NCBI GenBank assembly: GCA_964517155.1 | Contig: CAZFAZ010000031.1 | Coordinates: 1-46,243 of the forward strand | From: an uncultured Thermoplasmatales archaeon | GTDB taxonomy: Archaea > Thermoplasmatota > E2 > DHVEG-1 | Direction of reading: 5' to 3' | DNA length: 46,243 nt | Shown here: positions 1 to 10,333 of the stretch, one piece after another | Numbering within the stretch: the stretch's first letter is position 1 | Layout of the letters: every line of letters starts with the position of its first letter | Notes under the pieces: generated by a model | Databases searched by the model: none | Told to the model about the DNA's origin: nothing | What the model saw: the letters and a program-made list of their open reading frames with translations, nothing else | Position numbers and translations under genes: made by a program

Positions 1-51
1 TGGGATGACATTGCATATATGATGCCTGAGAAACCTGAAAAGGTGAAATAA
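1..51 (+). CDS. 3' end of a probable ATP-citrate lyase alpha / citryl-CoA lyase gene (partial, runs off window)
   Basis: Frame 1 reads [16 protein letters not shown], matching the conserved (RHP)WDDIxY C-terminus of ACL/citryl-CoA lyase. The stop lies 2 nt before the IDH start. Confidence 0.6.
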   Translation, partial: WDDIAYMMPEKPEKVK

Positions 52-53
52 AT

Positions 54-2297
54 ATGAGTGAGGAAAAAATAATCTATACAATAGTTGACGAGGCGCCACG
101 CCTTGCAACTTATTCTTTTCTCCCCATAATAAAAGCCTTTACTGAATCTGCAGGTGTAAAAGTTGAAACAAAAGATATCTCTCTTGCCGGTAGAATTATT
201 GCAAATTTTCCTGAAGAACTAACCAAAGATCAGAGGCAAACAAATGATTTAGCAGAATTAGGTGAGCTTGTAAAAAAACCTGAAGCAAACATAATCAAAC
301 TACCATGTATCAGTGCTTCAATTCCACAGCTAAAAGCAGCAATTAAAGAACTGCAAGATCACAGCTATAAAATACCAGATTATCCTGAAGAGCCAAAAAA
401 CGATAAAGAAAAAGAAATCAAAGCAAGATTTGACAAAATCAAAGGTAGTGCTGTAAACCCTGTTCTGCGTATGGGAAACTCAGACAGAAGAGTGCCGACA
501 CCTGTAAAAAACTATGCAAAACAAAATCCACATACAATGGGAAAATGGTCTAAAGAATCAAAATCACATGTTGCTCATATGAAAAGTGATGATCTGAGGT
601 CAAATGAAAAATCTACAACTATTACTAAAGATACTTCAGGAAACACAAAAATTGAGTTTACTGGAAAAGATGGAATCATTAAGATACTAAAAGAAAAACT
701 AACACTTATTGACGATGAAATAATCGATGCAACTGTTATGAGTAAAAAGGCTTTAAGAAAATTTTTAGAAGAACAAATAGATGATGCAAAAGAAAAAAAT
801 GTTCTTTTTTCAGTTCACTTAAAAGCTACAATGATGAAGGTATCTGATCCTATTATTTTTGGTCATGTTGTATCAGTATTTTTTAAAGATGTTTTCAAAA
901 AACATGCAGCAATCTTTAAAGAAATTGGCATAAATCCTAACAATGGTCTTGGTGACTTGTATGCAAAAATAAGCATTTTACCTGAAGATAAAAGAAAAGA
1001 AATCGAATCAGATATAAAAGCTTGCTATAAAAAAAGACCAAAACTTGCAATGGTAAACTCAGACAAGGGAATTACAAACCTTCATGTTCCAAGCGATGTA
1101 ATAATTGATGCATCAATGCCTGCGGCGATTAGAAATTCAGGTCAAATGTGGGGTGCTGATGGAAAAGCGTATGATACAAAGTTTGTAATTCCTGACAGCA
1201 GTTATGCAGGGGTTTACAAAACAATAGTTGATTTTTGTAAAAAAAATGGAGCATTTAACCCAAGAACAATGGGAACTGTTCAAAATGTTGGTCTTATGGC
1301 TCAAAAAGCAGAAGAATACGGTTCTCATGATAAAACATTTGAAATTCAAGGTGACGGTAAAGTACGTGTGGTTTCTGCATCAGGTAAAACACTTCTTGAG
1401 CATAACGTTGAAGAAGATGACATTTGGCGTATGTGCCAAGTAAAAGATGCACCGATTCAAGATTGGGTGAAACTTGCTGTAAACAGAGCAAAGGCAACAG
1501 GTTTTCCAATAGTATTTTGGCTTGATGAAAACAGAGCTCATGATAAACAGCTTATAGAAAAAGTAAATCTTTATCTAAAAGATCATGATACAAAAGGACT
1601 TGAAATTCATATCATGCCCCCTGTGGACGCTACACTTTTTTCATGTAAACGTATGAAAGAAGGAAAAGATACAATTGCAGTAACAGGAAATGTCCTTCGT
1701 GATTATTTAACTGATTTATTCCCGATACTTGAGGTTGGAACTAGTGCAAAAATGCTATCGATTGTACCACTTATGAACGGTGGCGGTTTATTTGAAACAG
1801 GAGCTGGAGGATCGGCTCCAAAACATGTTCAGCAGTTTTTACAAGAAGGTCACCTACGCTGGGATTCACTTGGAGAGTTTCTTGCACTTGCACCTGCACT
1901 TGATCATTTAAGTGCTAGAACAAAAAACAAAAAAGCAAAAATTCTTGCTGAAACACTTGATCAATCAATCGAAAAGTTTTTGCAAAACAATAAATCACCT
2001 TCTAGAAAAGTAAATGAACCAGACAACAGAAATAGCCATTTTTATCTTACAATGTATTGGGCAGAAGAACTTGCCAATCAAACAAAAGATGAAGAATTTA
2101 AAATACGTTTTACAAAATTAGCAGAAGAACTTGCTGAAAAAGAAGATAAAATTAACGAAGAGTTACTTTTAGCGCAAGGAAAGCCAGTAGATATTGGTGG
2201 TTATTATAAACCAAACGATGAAATGGCTATAAAAGCGATGAGACCAAGTGAAACTTTTAACAATGCATTAGAAGAATTTACTCTTGTTAAAGCATAA
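54..2297 (+). CDS. icd: Monomeric NADP-dependent isocitrate dehydrogenase
   Basis: 747 aa with DEAPxLAT, [16 protein letters not shown], [16 protein letters not shown] and [12 protein letters not shown] motifs. Confidence 0.97.
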   Translation: MSEEKIIYTIVDEAPRLATYSFLPIIKAFTESAGVKVETKDISLAGRIIANFPEELTKDQRQTNDLAELGELVKKPEANIIKLPCISASIPQLKAAIKELQDHSYKIPDYPEEPKNDKEKEIKARFDKIKGSAVNPVLRMGNSDRRVPTPVKNYAKQNPHTMGKWSKESKSHVAHMKSDDLRSNEKSTTITKDTSGNTKIEFTGKDGIIKILKEKLTLIDDEIIDATVMSKKALRKFLEEQIDDAKEKNVLFSVHLKATMMKVSDPIIFGHVVSVFFKDVFKKHAAIFKEIGINPNNGLGDLYAKISILPEDKRKEIESDIKACYKKRPKLAMVNSDKGITNLHVPSDVIIDASMPAAIRNSGQMWGADGKAYDTKFVIPDSSYAGVYKTIVDFCKKNGAFNPRTMGTVQNVGLMAQKAEEYGSHDKTFEIQGDGKVRVVSASGKTLLEHNVEEDDIWRMCQVKDAPIQDWVKLAVNRAKATGFPIVFWLDENRAHDKQLIEKVNLYLKDHDTKGLEIHIMPPVDATLFSCKRMKEGKDTIAVTGNVLRDYLTDLFPILEVGTSAKMLSIVPLMNGGGLFETGAGGSAPKHVQQFLQEGHLRWDSLGEFLALAPALDHLSARTKNKKAKILAETLDQSIEKFLQNNKSPSRKVNEPDNRNSHFYLTMYWAEELANQTKDEEFKIRFTKLAEELAEKEDKINEELLLAQGKPVDIGGYYKPNDEMAIKAMRPSETFNNALEEFTLVKA

Positions 2298-2371
2298 AAA
2301 TCTTTAAAAAAACATTTTTTTTCTTTTTATCCAAACTTTATAAAAATTTATTTAAATAAACAACGGATAAT

Positions 2372-2710
2372 ATGTTTCTAGTTAGGATGGGCGAAATAGA
2401 TAAAATAATAAAAAAACATCAAGATGGTGCCGTTCTAAACCTTTTTGTTACCGCAGGTTCGCGCAAAATTGTTTTTCCAGCAGGGGTTAATACTTGGCGT
2501 AAATGTATAGATATAAGTGTTACTGCTCCTGCAAAAGACAATAAAGCAAACAAAGAAGTGATAAAAACTATTGCTAATTTTTTTGAAAAACCAGTAACTG
2601 AAGTATTTGTTTTAACTGGTGCTAAAAATCCAAAAAAAACAGTTTTTGTCAAAGGAGTTACAGTTGATTTTGTATCAGATAGGTTAAGAGGCTCACTTAA
2701 TGGATTATAA
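2372..2710 (+). CDS. DUF167 (YggU/UPF0235) family protein
   Basis: 112 aa with the VTAPAKDNKANKE...GAKNPKKTV pattern. The start may be the ATG at 2387. Confidence 0.85.
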   Translation: MFLVRMGEIDKIIKKHQDGAVLNLFVTAGSRKIVFPAGVNTWRKCIDISVTAPAKDNKANKEVIKTIANFFEKPVTEVFVLTGAKNPKKTVFVKGVTVDFVSDRLRGSLNGL

Positions 2711-3113
2711 AAAAAGCTTTGAAGAGCTTGAGAAGGCACTGTTTGAGCTTGTAGAGGAAAATAAAAAGATACCTATTATTGTTGAGGGCGATAAAGACGT
2801 TTGCTCTCTTAGAAAATTAGGTGTTAAAGGTAAAATTATTACTGTTAACTCAGGTCTTTCAATTATTGATTTTTGTGATAAAATAGCAGAAGATTACAAA
2901 GAGATAATACTTTTTACGGATTGGGATAGAAAAGGCGGTTTTATTTGTCATACAATTGAAAGAAATCTTGAAGGTCGTGTTAAATGTAATTTGTATTATA
3001 GAGAACTTTTTGCAAAAAAAGCTATGACTAAAACTGTTGAAGGCTTGTATTCTTGGTTTAAATCAATTAAAGAAAAAATAGATTTTAACAGTAAAAGTTT
3101 TTTAAAAGTTTGA
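2700..3113 (+). CDS. Small stand-alone Toprim-domain protein (primase/RNase M5-like)
   Basis: IIVEGDKD and ILFTDWDRKG Toprim motifs. Overlaps the upstream gene by 11 nt. Confidence 0.88.
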   Translation: MDYKKSFEELEKALFELVEENKKIPIIVEGDKDVCSLRKLGVKGKIITVNSGLSIIDFCDKIAEDYKEIILFTDWDRKGGFICHTIERNLEGRVKCNLYYRELFAKKAMTKTVEGLYSWFKSIKEKIDFNSKSFLKV

Positions 3114-3191
3114 GGAGATGGGTAAGCAATTATTTTTCGAGAGAGAAGCCCGGTGAGGAAACTTCAAGAAAACGAATTGCTTATCCGCTCC
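3114..3191. ncRNA. Candidate structured small RNA (long closing stem with two internal hairpins)
   Basis: GGAG(3114-17)/CTCC(3188-91) and GGGTAAGCAATT(3120-31)/AATTGCTTATCC(3175-86) pair. Inner hairpins are TTTTC-GAGA-GAGAA and TGAGG-AAA-CTTCA. A minus-strand TTTATATA lies at 3219-3212. Confidence 0.45.
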
Positions 3192-3365
3192 ATATTTCTG
3201 CATGCGATATGTATATAAAAATTTTGCCTTAAGCTTTATAGTCTATTGACGATTTTTATGGGTATCAATTATTAACAAAATGCTCATTTTATAGAATAAA
3301 TTATAAAAAATTTAGAAAATAGAATAATGTATTATCGTCGAATATCTAGATTTTTGTCTAATTTT

Positions 3366-3773
3366 TTATTTTAGACGATATCGGGTTTGAACTTTTCTAG
3401 GTTTAATTTTTGTTGCTGCAATCTTTCCTTCTTTTGCAAGCCAGCCGATAGCATAAAACGCATCTTTTTCTGCCACGCCTGCAAGTTTTGGTATGTATGT
3501 TGCATCTATCTCATTGCATGTGTTTAATACATGCCATACCTTTCCTGCAGTTTCACCGATGTAATTTTCATAGTTAGCTGATTTTAATTCATATGTATCT
3601 TCATTAAAGAATACTTTATTTTCTCTTGCAAGCCAACCAACTGCAACATAAAAATCTTCTTTTGTAAGACCAGTATTCTTTATTATTGTCGTAGCATTGC
3701 ATGGTCCACAATTTTCTAGCGTCTTCCAAACCTTTCCTGCATTTTTTCCATATATGTCTACCATATTAGGCAT
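3366..3773 (-). CDS. Tandem winged-helix DUF2582 protein
   Basis: Two repeats of G..AGKVW..L...A[VI]GWLA[RK]E[NG]K. Confidence 0.88.
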   Translation of the reverse strand: MPNMVDIYGKNAGKVWKTLENCGPCNATTIIKNTGLTKEDFYVAVGWLARENKVFFNEDTYELKSANYENYIGETAGKVWHVLNTCNEIDATYIPKLAGVAEKDAFYAIGWLAKEGKIAATKIKPRKVQTRYRLK

Positions 3774-4110
3774 ATTTTTTCCCCATCCTTGTATTTGTTA
3801 TATTTTTGTAGGTAATATATTTTATCATTATTTGCAGTATATTTTTTTATAAGTCTAAAAAGAATTATTTAAATATATATTTTTAGAATTTCTTTGAGAT
3901 ATATCCTAAGATATTACTTCAAACAAAATAAAATAACAATATCTATTAAATTATTTACCTTCCTCATAGCAAGTATAATGTATGATGCAAATGAAATCAG
4001 ATATATCAACATAATATCTAAAAAAAGCAGCATTATGACAATCACTAAAACATGAATTTATAAACAAAAAAAATACTATCTTTGTTTGTTTGTGAGGAGG
4101 AAAAATAAAT

Positions 4111-4737
4111 ATGGCATTGGAAAATGTTGCATATGTTTCTAAATGGAGTAAAATTTTTTCACTTGAACAACTTTTGAAAGGTAATCTAGAAGCATTTCAA
4201 GCATTATTTTACCTGATAATCATGATTGCATTATACTCGATTGCAATCTATCACTTTTACAGATACATTGCAAGAAGAGATTGTTTTAAACCTAGCAAAA
4301 GAAAACATACAAAATTTGTCGGTTTTTGTAAATATTTCTTTTTATTTCCCCTTGTAGCAATTATTTTCTTCCTAGGTTTTTCATTAATTCTTATCTCACT
4401 TACAAAACAAGGATGTTTTTTTGGAGGAGAGATTGAAAGCATTCTTTCATTATCTTTTGCAATAATAGTAACTATCAGAATAACAGCATATTATACAGAA
4501 GATCTTTCAAAAGATGTTGCAAAGATGCTCCCTTTTGCAGTACTTGGTGTGTTTTTAGTAGATTCAAGTTATTTTTCAATGGATACAGTAATAACAAGGC
4601 TTAGTGCACTACCTCAATATGTAAACACAATTATGCAGTTTTTAATACTGATAATACTTGTTGAATGGATACTAAAAGTCACACTTAAAATAAGTTGCAG
4701 AATTTTCCCAAAAAAGGAAAAAAGCAGTTGCTACTGA
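4111..4737 (+). CDS. Hypothetical multi-pass membrane protein
   Basis: About 5 hydrophobic segments, a RITAYYTEDLSKDVAKMLPFA stretch and the SD GTGAGGAGG. Confidence 0.8.
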   Translation: MALENVAYVSKWSKIFSLEQLLKGNLEAFQALFYLIIMIALYSIAIYHFYRYIARRDCFKPSKRKHTKFVGFCKYFFLFPLVAIIFFLGFSLILISLTKQGCFFGGEIESILSLSFAIIVTIRITAYYTEDLSKDVAKMLPFAVLGVFLVDSSYFSMDTVITRLSALPQYVNTIMQFLILIILVEWILKVTLKISCRIFPKKEKSSCY

Positions 4738-4832
4738 AGAAAACTAAAAAAAACTTTTTTCATTTTTTAAATAGTTTTTTAAATAAAAACATGTTATAAG
4801 TTTTTTATAAAATAAAAGTGAGGAGGAAAAAA

Positions 4833-5753
4833 ATGTTTGATATAGGCTCTTTTTGTTTTTCAGGATTAATAATGCTAGTAATATTCGTAGTGATTTTTGT
4901 TTTAATAGGCATTAGAACTGTAAATCAACGTCAAAAAGGTTTGATAGAACGTTTTGGAAAATATAGAAAAACAGCAAATCCTGGACTTCATTTGATAATA
5001 CCTATAATTGAAACAATGAGAAAAGTAGATATCACTGAAAATATGGTAGATGTTGAACCTCAAAAAATAATTACAAAAGATGATTTGAATGCAACTGTTG
5101 ACGCTGTTGTTTATTTCAGAGTAGTAGACCCTTATAAAGCAAAGTATGCTGCACAGAATTATCATATGCAGATAACTAGTCTTGCACGAACAACATTAAG
5201 GGATATTATTGGTAAGATGACACTTACTGAAGCAAACAGCAAACGTGATACACTTAATTCAATTCTTGAGCAAGAACTCGACAAACAAACCGATGCATGG
5301 GGAATTGACGTTATCCGTGTTGAACTTCAGAGAATTGAGCCACCACCAGATGTACAAGAAGCAATGAATAAAGTAGTTATAGCAGAAAGAGACAAGAAAG
5401 CAGCAGTTGATTTTGCAACTGCAACTGAGACACAAGCAGATGGTGAAAGAAGATCGGAAATTAAAAAAGCAGAAGGTAAAAAACAAGGAGCTATTCTTGA
5501 AGCAGAAGGGCACGCTCTAGCAATAGTCCAAGTTGCAAAAGCAGAAGCAGAAAAAATCCAGAGAATAAATACTGCACTTCGTGAATATTTCAAAGATGAA
5601 GCTCAAGTTTATAAAAAACTTGAAACAATTGAAAACTCTTTAAAAGAAAATACTAAGTATGTAATCGATCCAAACACAGAGATTACCAATGTCATTGCAG
5701 AAAAAATGGCAGGTATTGTACCTATAGAAACACGCTCAAAGAAAGAAAAGTAA
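4833..5753 (+). CDS. SPFH/Band 7 (stomatin/QmcA-like) membrane protein
   Basis: N-terminal TM, ERFGKY, ITKDD, VDAVVYF and WGIDVIRVELQRIEPP motifs, then an AE-rich coiled coil. ATG 4833 follows SD GAGGAGG; the ORF-track GTG at 4818 is part of that SD. Confidence 0.93.
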   Translation: MFDIGSFCFSGLIMLVIFVVIFVLIGIRTVNQRQKGLIERFGKYRKTANPGLHLIIPIIETMRKVDITENMVDVEPQKIITKDDLNATVDAVVYFRVVDPYKAKYAAQNYHMQITSLARTTLRDIIGKMTLTEANSKRDTLNSILEQELDKQTDAWGIDVIRVELQRIEPPPDVQEAMNKVVIAERDKKAAVDFATATETQADGERRSEIKKAEGKKQGAILEAEGHALAIVQVAKAEAEKIQRINTALREYFKDEAQVYKKLETIENSLKENTKYVIDPNTEITNVIAEKMAGIVPIETRSKKEK

Positions 5754-5915
5754 AATAATTTTACTTTCTTCTTTTCTATTTTTTTTGAATTTTTGAAACA
5801 TTTTTATCAAAAAATAATAAAATATAATACTTTCAATAGCCTTCTCATTAGTTTTTAAATAAAAGAGTTTGATACTGTTTTTCTAATTATTAAATAAAAT
5901 TCAAACAACAGAAAC

Positions 5916-5933
5916 AATTAACAATAGTTAATT
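5916..5933. promoter_or_regulatory. Palindromic operator AATTAAC-AATA-GTTAATT upstream of uvrA
   Basis: Perfect 7-bp arms. The same TTAAC-N4-GTTAA core occurs at the hdrC and mvhG promoters. Confidence 0.55.
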
Positions 5934-5966
5934 TATGTCGGTTTTAACTTTATCGGAGGCAAAAAA

Positions 5967-8795
5967 TTGAAAAACATAAAAATAAAAGGAGCAAGAGAAC
6001 ACAATCTAAAAAATATAAGTTTAGAGCTCCCTAGAGATAAACTAATAGTAATCACGGGCCTATCGGGCAGTGGCAAATCCACTCTTGCATTTGATACAAT
6101 TTATGCAGAAGGTCAAAGAAGATACGTTGAGTCACTCTCAGCATATGCAAGACAATTTTTAGGCCTTATGAACAAGCCTGATGTCGACAGTATTGAAGGG
6201 CTTTCACCAGCAATATCAATAGAGCAGAAAACAACTAGTAAAAACCCTCGCAGTACCGTTGGAACAATTACTGAAATTTATGATTATCTGCGCTTGCTTT
6301 TTGCAAGAATTGGACAGCCTTATTGTCCGGAGCACGATGTAAAAATAGAGTCACAAAGTCCACAAAAAATATCCGAGAGAATTCAAAGTGATTTTTCAGA
6401 TATAGTTACAATACTTTCTCCGATAATTCGACAAAAAAAGGGAACATATGAGCAATTATTCAAAGATTTAAACAAAGAAGGTTACATCCGCGTGCGTGTA
6501 GACAAAGCAACATACAGAACAGATGAAACAATTACACTTGATCGCTATAAAAAACATGACATAGAAATAGTAATTGACAGAATTAAAACAAGTGATAAAA
6601 CACGTCTTGCGGAAGCCTGTGAAAACGCACTTAAAAAATCTGATGGCCTCATCATAATTTTAGATGAAAAAGAAAATGAAAAAGTGTATTCCTCAAAAAT
6701 GGCATGTCCTGTTTGTGGAATGGCTTTTGAAGAGCTTCAACCACGTATGTTTTCATTTAACAGTCCTTTTGGCGCATGCGAAGCATGTCATGGACTTGGA
6801 ATTCGCATGGATTTTGATCCTGATCTAATCATTGCAGACAAAGAGCTTTGCATAGTAGATGGTGCAATAAATCTTTACAGAAACGTTATGGATGGTTGGA
6901 GGATAAAATATTTAGGCTCTGTTGCCAAGCATTTTGGTTTTGATATTTTTACACCAATAAAAGATATTTCAGAAGATCAATACAATGTTTTAATGTACGG
7001 CTCAAATGAAAAAATAAAATTTGACATGACTTCAAGAAACGGTGATGCACATTGGTCAGGTAAAGGCGTATGGGAAGGGCTCATTCCTCAGTCAGAGAGA
7101 CTTTACAAGCAAACCGAGTCTGAACACAGACGACGTGATTTAGAGAGATTTATGAGAATTACACCATGTCCTGTTTGTGATGGAAAAAGACTCAAGCAAA
7201 AAGTTTTATCAGTAAAAATTGCAGATAAATCAATTGTAGATATAACTGATATGTCAATTAAACAGTGCATTGTTTTTTTCAAGACACTTATTCTTTCAAA
7301 AAAGCAAGAGGAAATTGCCTGGCAGATTTTAAAGGAGATAAAAGAACGGCTTGACTTCTTGGACAAAGTTGGTCTGAATTATATTACTCTTTCGCGTAGT
7401 TCTGGAACTCTTTCAGGAGGAGAAGCACAGAGAATCAGGCTTGCCACACAGATAGGCTCAAATCTCATGGGTGTTTTATATATTCTTGATGAGCCAAGTA
7501 TTGGTCTTCATCAACATGATAACAAAAAGTTAATTGATACATTGCACCGGCTAAGAGATATCGGAAATACATTAATTGTAGTTGAGCATGATGAGGAAAC
7601 CATTAGAAATGCTGATTACGTAGTTGATATGGGACCTGGCGCAGGTCTTCACGGCGGCAAGATTATCGCACAAGGCACTCCTAAAGAAATCCAAAAACAT
7701 CCTACTTCACTTACTGGCAAATATTTATCTAAAGAGCTGCAAATTGAAACACCAGAAAAAAGAAGATATTCAAAAAGATATATAAATATATATGGCTGTC
7801 GTCAGCATAACCTAAAAAACATAGACGTAAAAATACCAATAGGACTTCTAACAATAATAACGGGTCTTTCAGGAAGCGGAAAATCAACACTTGTATATGA
7901 AATATTATACAAAGCAATGATGAAAAAACTACACAACTCAAAAGAAAATCCTGGAGAACACGACGCAATAGAACTTGATGAAAAAATAGACAAAGTAATA
8001 GTAATCGATCAAAGCCCAATAGGAAAAACCCCTCGAAGCAATCCTGCAACATACACAAAAGTCTTTGATGAAATAAGAAATATATTTTCAAAAACATTAG
8101 AAGCAAAAAAAAGAGGATACAAACCAGGTAGATTTTCATTTAATGTAAAAGGCGGACGATGCGAAGCATGCCAAGGTGACGGACTTATAAAAATTGAAAT
8201 GAACTTTCTACCAGATATATACATACAATGCGAAGAATGCAAAGGAAAAAGATACAACAAAGAAACACTAGAAGTAACCTATAAAGGAAAAAACATAGCA
8301 GATGTCCTAGACATGAGTGTTGAAGAAGCACTCGAGCTTTTCAAAAATATACCAAGTATCAAAAGAAAACTACAAACACTTTCACAAGTAGGTCTTGACT
8401 ACATAAAACTAGGTCAAAGCTCAACCACGCTTTCAGGAGGAGAAGCACAAAGAATAAAACTTACACGAGAACTTGCAAAAAGAAGCACAGGAAAAACATT
8501 ATATCTACTTGATGAGCCAACAACAGGCTTGCATTTTCATGATGTAAAAAAACTAATAGATGTACTAAATAGTTTAGTTTCAAAAGGAAACACAATAATA
8601 GTAATAGAACACAACCTAGAAGTAATAAAATCAGCTGATCATATAATAGATCTTGGCCCTGAAGGTGGAGACCAAGGAGGAGAAATCGTAGCAGAGGGAA
8701 GTCCTGAGAAAGTATCAGAAATAAAACGCTCATATACAGGAAATATTTTAAAACCTGTTTTATCAAAAGGGAAAAAAGAAAAATGTTTAACATAG
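5967..8795 (+). CDS. uvrA: Excinuclease ABC subunit A
   Basis: Two ABC ATPase modules (GLSGSGKS twice, LSGGEAQRI twice), zinc fingers and [16 protein letters not shown] start after GGAGG. Confidence 0.98.
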   Translation: MKNIKIKGAREHNLKNISLELPRDKLIVITGLSGSGKSTLAFDTIYAEGQRRYVESLSAYARQFLGLMNKPDVDSIEGLSPAISIEQKTTSKNPRSTVGTITEIYDYLRLLFARIGQPYCPEHDVKIESQSPQKISERIQSDFSDIVTILSPIIRQKKGTYEQLFKDLNKEGYIRVRVDKATYRTDETITLDRYKKHDIEIVIDRIKTSDKTRLAEACENALKKSDGLIIILDEKENEKVYSSKMACPVCGMAFEELQPRMFSFNSPFGACEACHGLGIRMDFDPDLIIADKELCIVDGAINLYRNVMDGWRIKYLGSVAKHFGFDIFTPIKDISEDQYNVLMYGSNEKIKFDMTSRNGDAHWSGKGVWEGLIPQSERLYKQTESEHRRRDLERFMRITPCPVCDGKRLKQKVLSVKIADKSIVDITDMSIKQCIVFFKTLILSKKQEEIAWQILKEIKERLDFLDKVGLNYITLSRSSGTLSGGEAQRIRLATQIGSNLMGVLYILDEPSIGLHQHDNKKLIDTLHRLRDIGNTLIVVEHDEETIRNADYVVDMGPGAGLHGGKIIAQGTPKEIQKHPTSLTGKYLSKELQIETPEKRRYSKRYINIYGCRQHNLKNIDVKIPIGLLTIITGLSGSGKSTLVYEILYKAMMKKLHNSKENPGEHDAIELDEKIDKVIVIDQSPIGKTPRSNPATYTKVFDEIRNIFSKTLEAKKRGYKPGRFSFNVKGGRCEACQGDGLIKIEMNFLPDIYIQCEECKGKRYNKETLEVTYKGKNIADVLDMSVEEALELFKNIPSIKRKLQTLSQVGLDYIKLGQSSTTLSGGEAQRIKLTRELAKRSTGKTLYLLDEPTTGLHFHDVKKLIDVLNSLVSKGNTIIVIEHNLEVIKSADHIIDLGPEGGDQGGEIVAEGSPEKVSEIKRSYTGNILKPVLSKGKKEKCLT

Positions 8796-10333
8796 AAAAC
8801 ATACCAAAAAACCCAGGTTGCTATTTATTCAAAGATAAAAAAGATAAAATAATATATGTTGGAAAAGCAAAAAATTTAAAAAACAGACTAAAAACTTATC
8901 AAAATAAAAAAGAACTGGATGCAAAAACACAAGTGATGCTGACACATGCAAAAACAGTTGATTTTGTTGTAACAGACACAGAAGTCGAATCACTTATTTT
9001 GGAAAATACTCTTATAAAAAAACATCAACCACGCTACAATATCAGATTAAAAGATGCAAAAAGTCATGCATATTTACTTCTCACCGATGAAAAATACCCT
9101 CGCATTATAATTGATAGGCAAAAAAAGGGAAAAGGAAAATTTTATGGACCTTTTGTAAGTGCACATGAAAGAGATTATGTCCTTCATTTTTTAAAAAAAA
9201 CATTTAAACTTAGAACATGTAAAAAAATGCCGAAAAAACCTTGTCTTAGAAATCATATAAATCTATGCGATGCACCCTGTGCCGGCCTTATTTCTAAAAA
9301 AGATTATGAAAATAAAATACAAAAAGTAAAAATGGTTTTATCAGGAAAAACAGAAAAACTTGAAAAACAGCTTGAAGAAGAAATGAAACAAATGTCTGAT
9401 AAAAAATTGTTTGAACAAGCACTTATGATTCGTGATGAACTAACTGCTATTAATCATTTAAGCGAGCATCAGAAAATGCAGCGTGAAAAAAAATACAATG
9501 AAGACATTATAAATTATCAGATAAAAGATGGTATTGTGTATCTAATGATTTTTAACATATACAAAGGAACACTTTCTAATAAAAATGAGTTTGTATTTGA
9601 TTATACTCCTGATTTTTTTGAAGAATTTATTATTCAATACTATTCAGATAACCCAGTTCCAAAAGAACTTATTTTACCTGAGAAGATATCTGATTCAATT
9701 ACACAATTCTTATCTGATAAAAAAAATAGCAAAGTAAAAGTTACTATACCTTTAAAAGGTGAGAAAAACCAGCTTTTAAAACTTGTTTTAAAAAACATTG
9801 AAATCATGTTTTTTGCAAATCTTGATAAAGTAAAAATGTTAAAGACAAAACTTCATCTTCAGGAAGAACCTGTATTAATTGAGTGTTTTGATATAAGTCA
9901 CCTGTCAGGAACAAGTATGGTCGGTTCAATGGTACAATTTAGAAAAGGTATTCCTGATAAAAACAATTATCGTCGTTTTAAAATAAGAACCATAAATGAT
10001 GTAGATGACACTGCAGCAATCGCAGAGGTTGTCAGAAGAAGATACACCCGTCTTAAAAAAGAAGATGCAGAAATGCCAAACCTAATAATTATTGATGGAG
10101 GACGCGGACAGCTTAATTATGCACTTATGGAACTAGAAAAACTAAATGTTAAAATTCCGATAATTTCAATTGCAAAAAAGTTCGAAGAAATATATATACC
10201 GGGATATATGCAACCTTTAAGGCTTGCAAAAAAAGACAAAGCATTACAATTTGTACAGGAAATAAGAAATGAGGCACACAGGTTTGCAATAAAATACAAC
10301 AGACTTCTCAGGAGAAAGGAGATGGTAAAATAG
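8783..10333 (+). CDS. uvrC: Excinuclease ABC subunit C (no C-terminal HhH)
   Basis: GIY-YIG domain ([17 protein letters not shown]), [17 protein letters not shown] and IRNEAHRFA. Confidence 0.97.
   Translation: MFNIENIPKNPGCYLFKDKKDKIIYVGKAKNLKNRLKTYQNKKELDAKTQVMLTHAKTVDFVVTDTEVESLILENTLIKKHQPRYNIRLKDAKSHAYLLLTDEKYPRIIIDRQKKGKGKFYGPFVSAHERDYVLHFLKKTFKLRTCKKMPKKPCLRNHINLCDAPCAGLISKKDYENKIQKVKMVLSGKTEKLEKQLEEEMKQMSDKKLFEQALMIRDELTAINHLSEHQKMQREKKYNEDIINYQIKDGIVYLMIFNIYKGTLSNKNEFVFDYTPDFFEEFIIQYYSDNPVPKELILPEKISDSITQFLSDKKNSKVKVTIPLKGEKNQLLKLVLKNIEIMFFANLDKVKMLKTKLHLQEEPVLIECFDISHLSGTSMVGSMVQFRKGIPDKNNYRRFKIRTINDVDDTAAIAEVVRRRYTRLKKEDAEMPNLIIIDGGRGQLNYALMELEKLNVKIPIISIAKKFEEIYIPGYMQPLRLAKKDKALQFVQEIRNEAHRFAIKYNRLLRRKEMVK

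Noticed and set aside
3114-3191. RNase P, SRP or tRNA identity, or the 12-aa ORF MGKQLFFEREAR (3118-3156)
   Set aside because: Too short for RNase P or SRP and has no cloverleaf. The ORF has no SD spacing and no recognisable features.
3914-4045. 43-codon hydrophobic minus-strand ORF (VIVIMLLFLD...)
   Set aside because: Hydrophobic ORFs arise easily in very AT-rich DNA, and there is no SD or motif.
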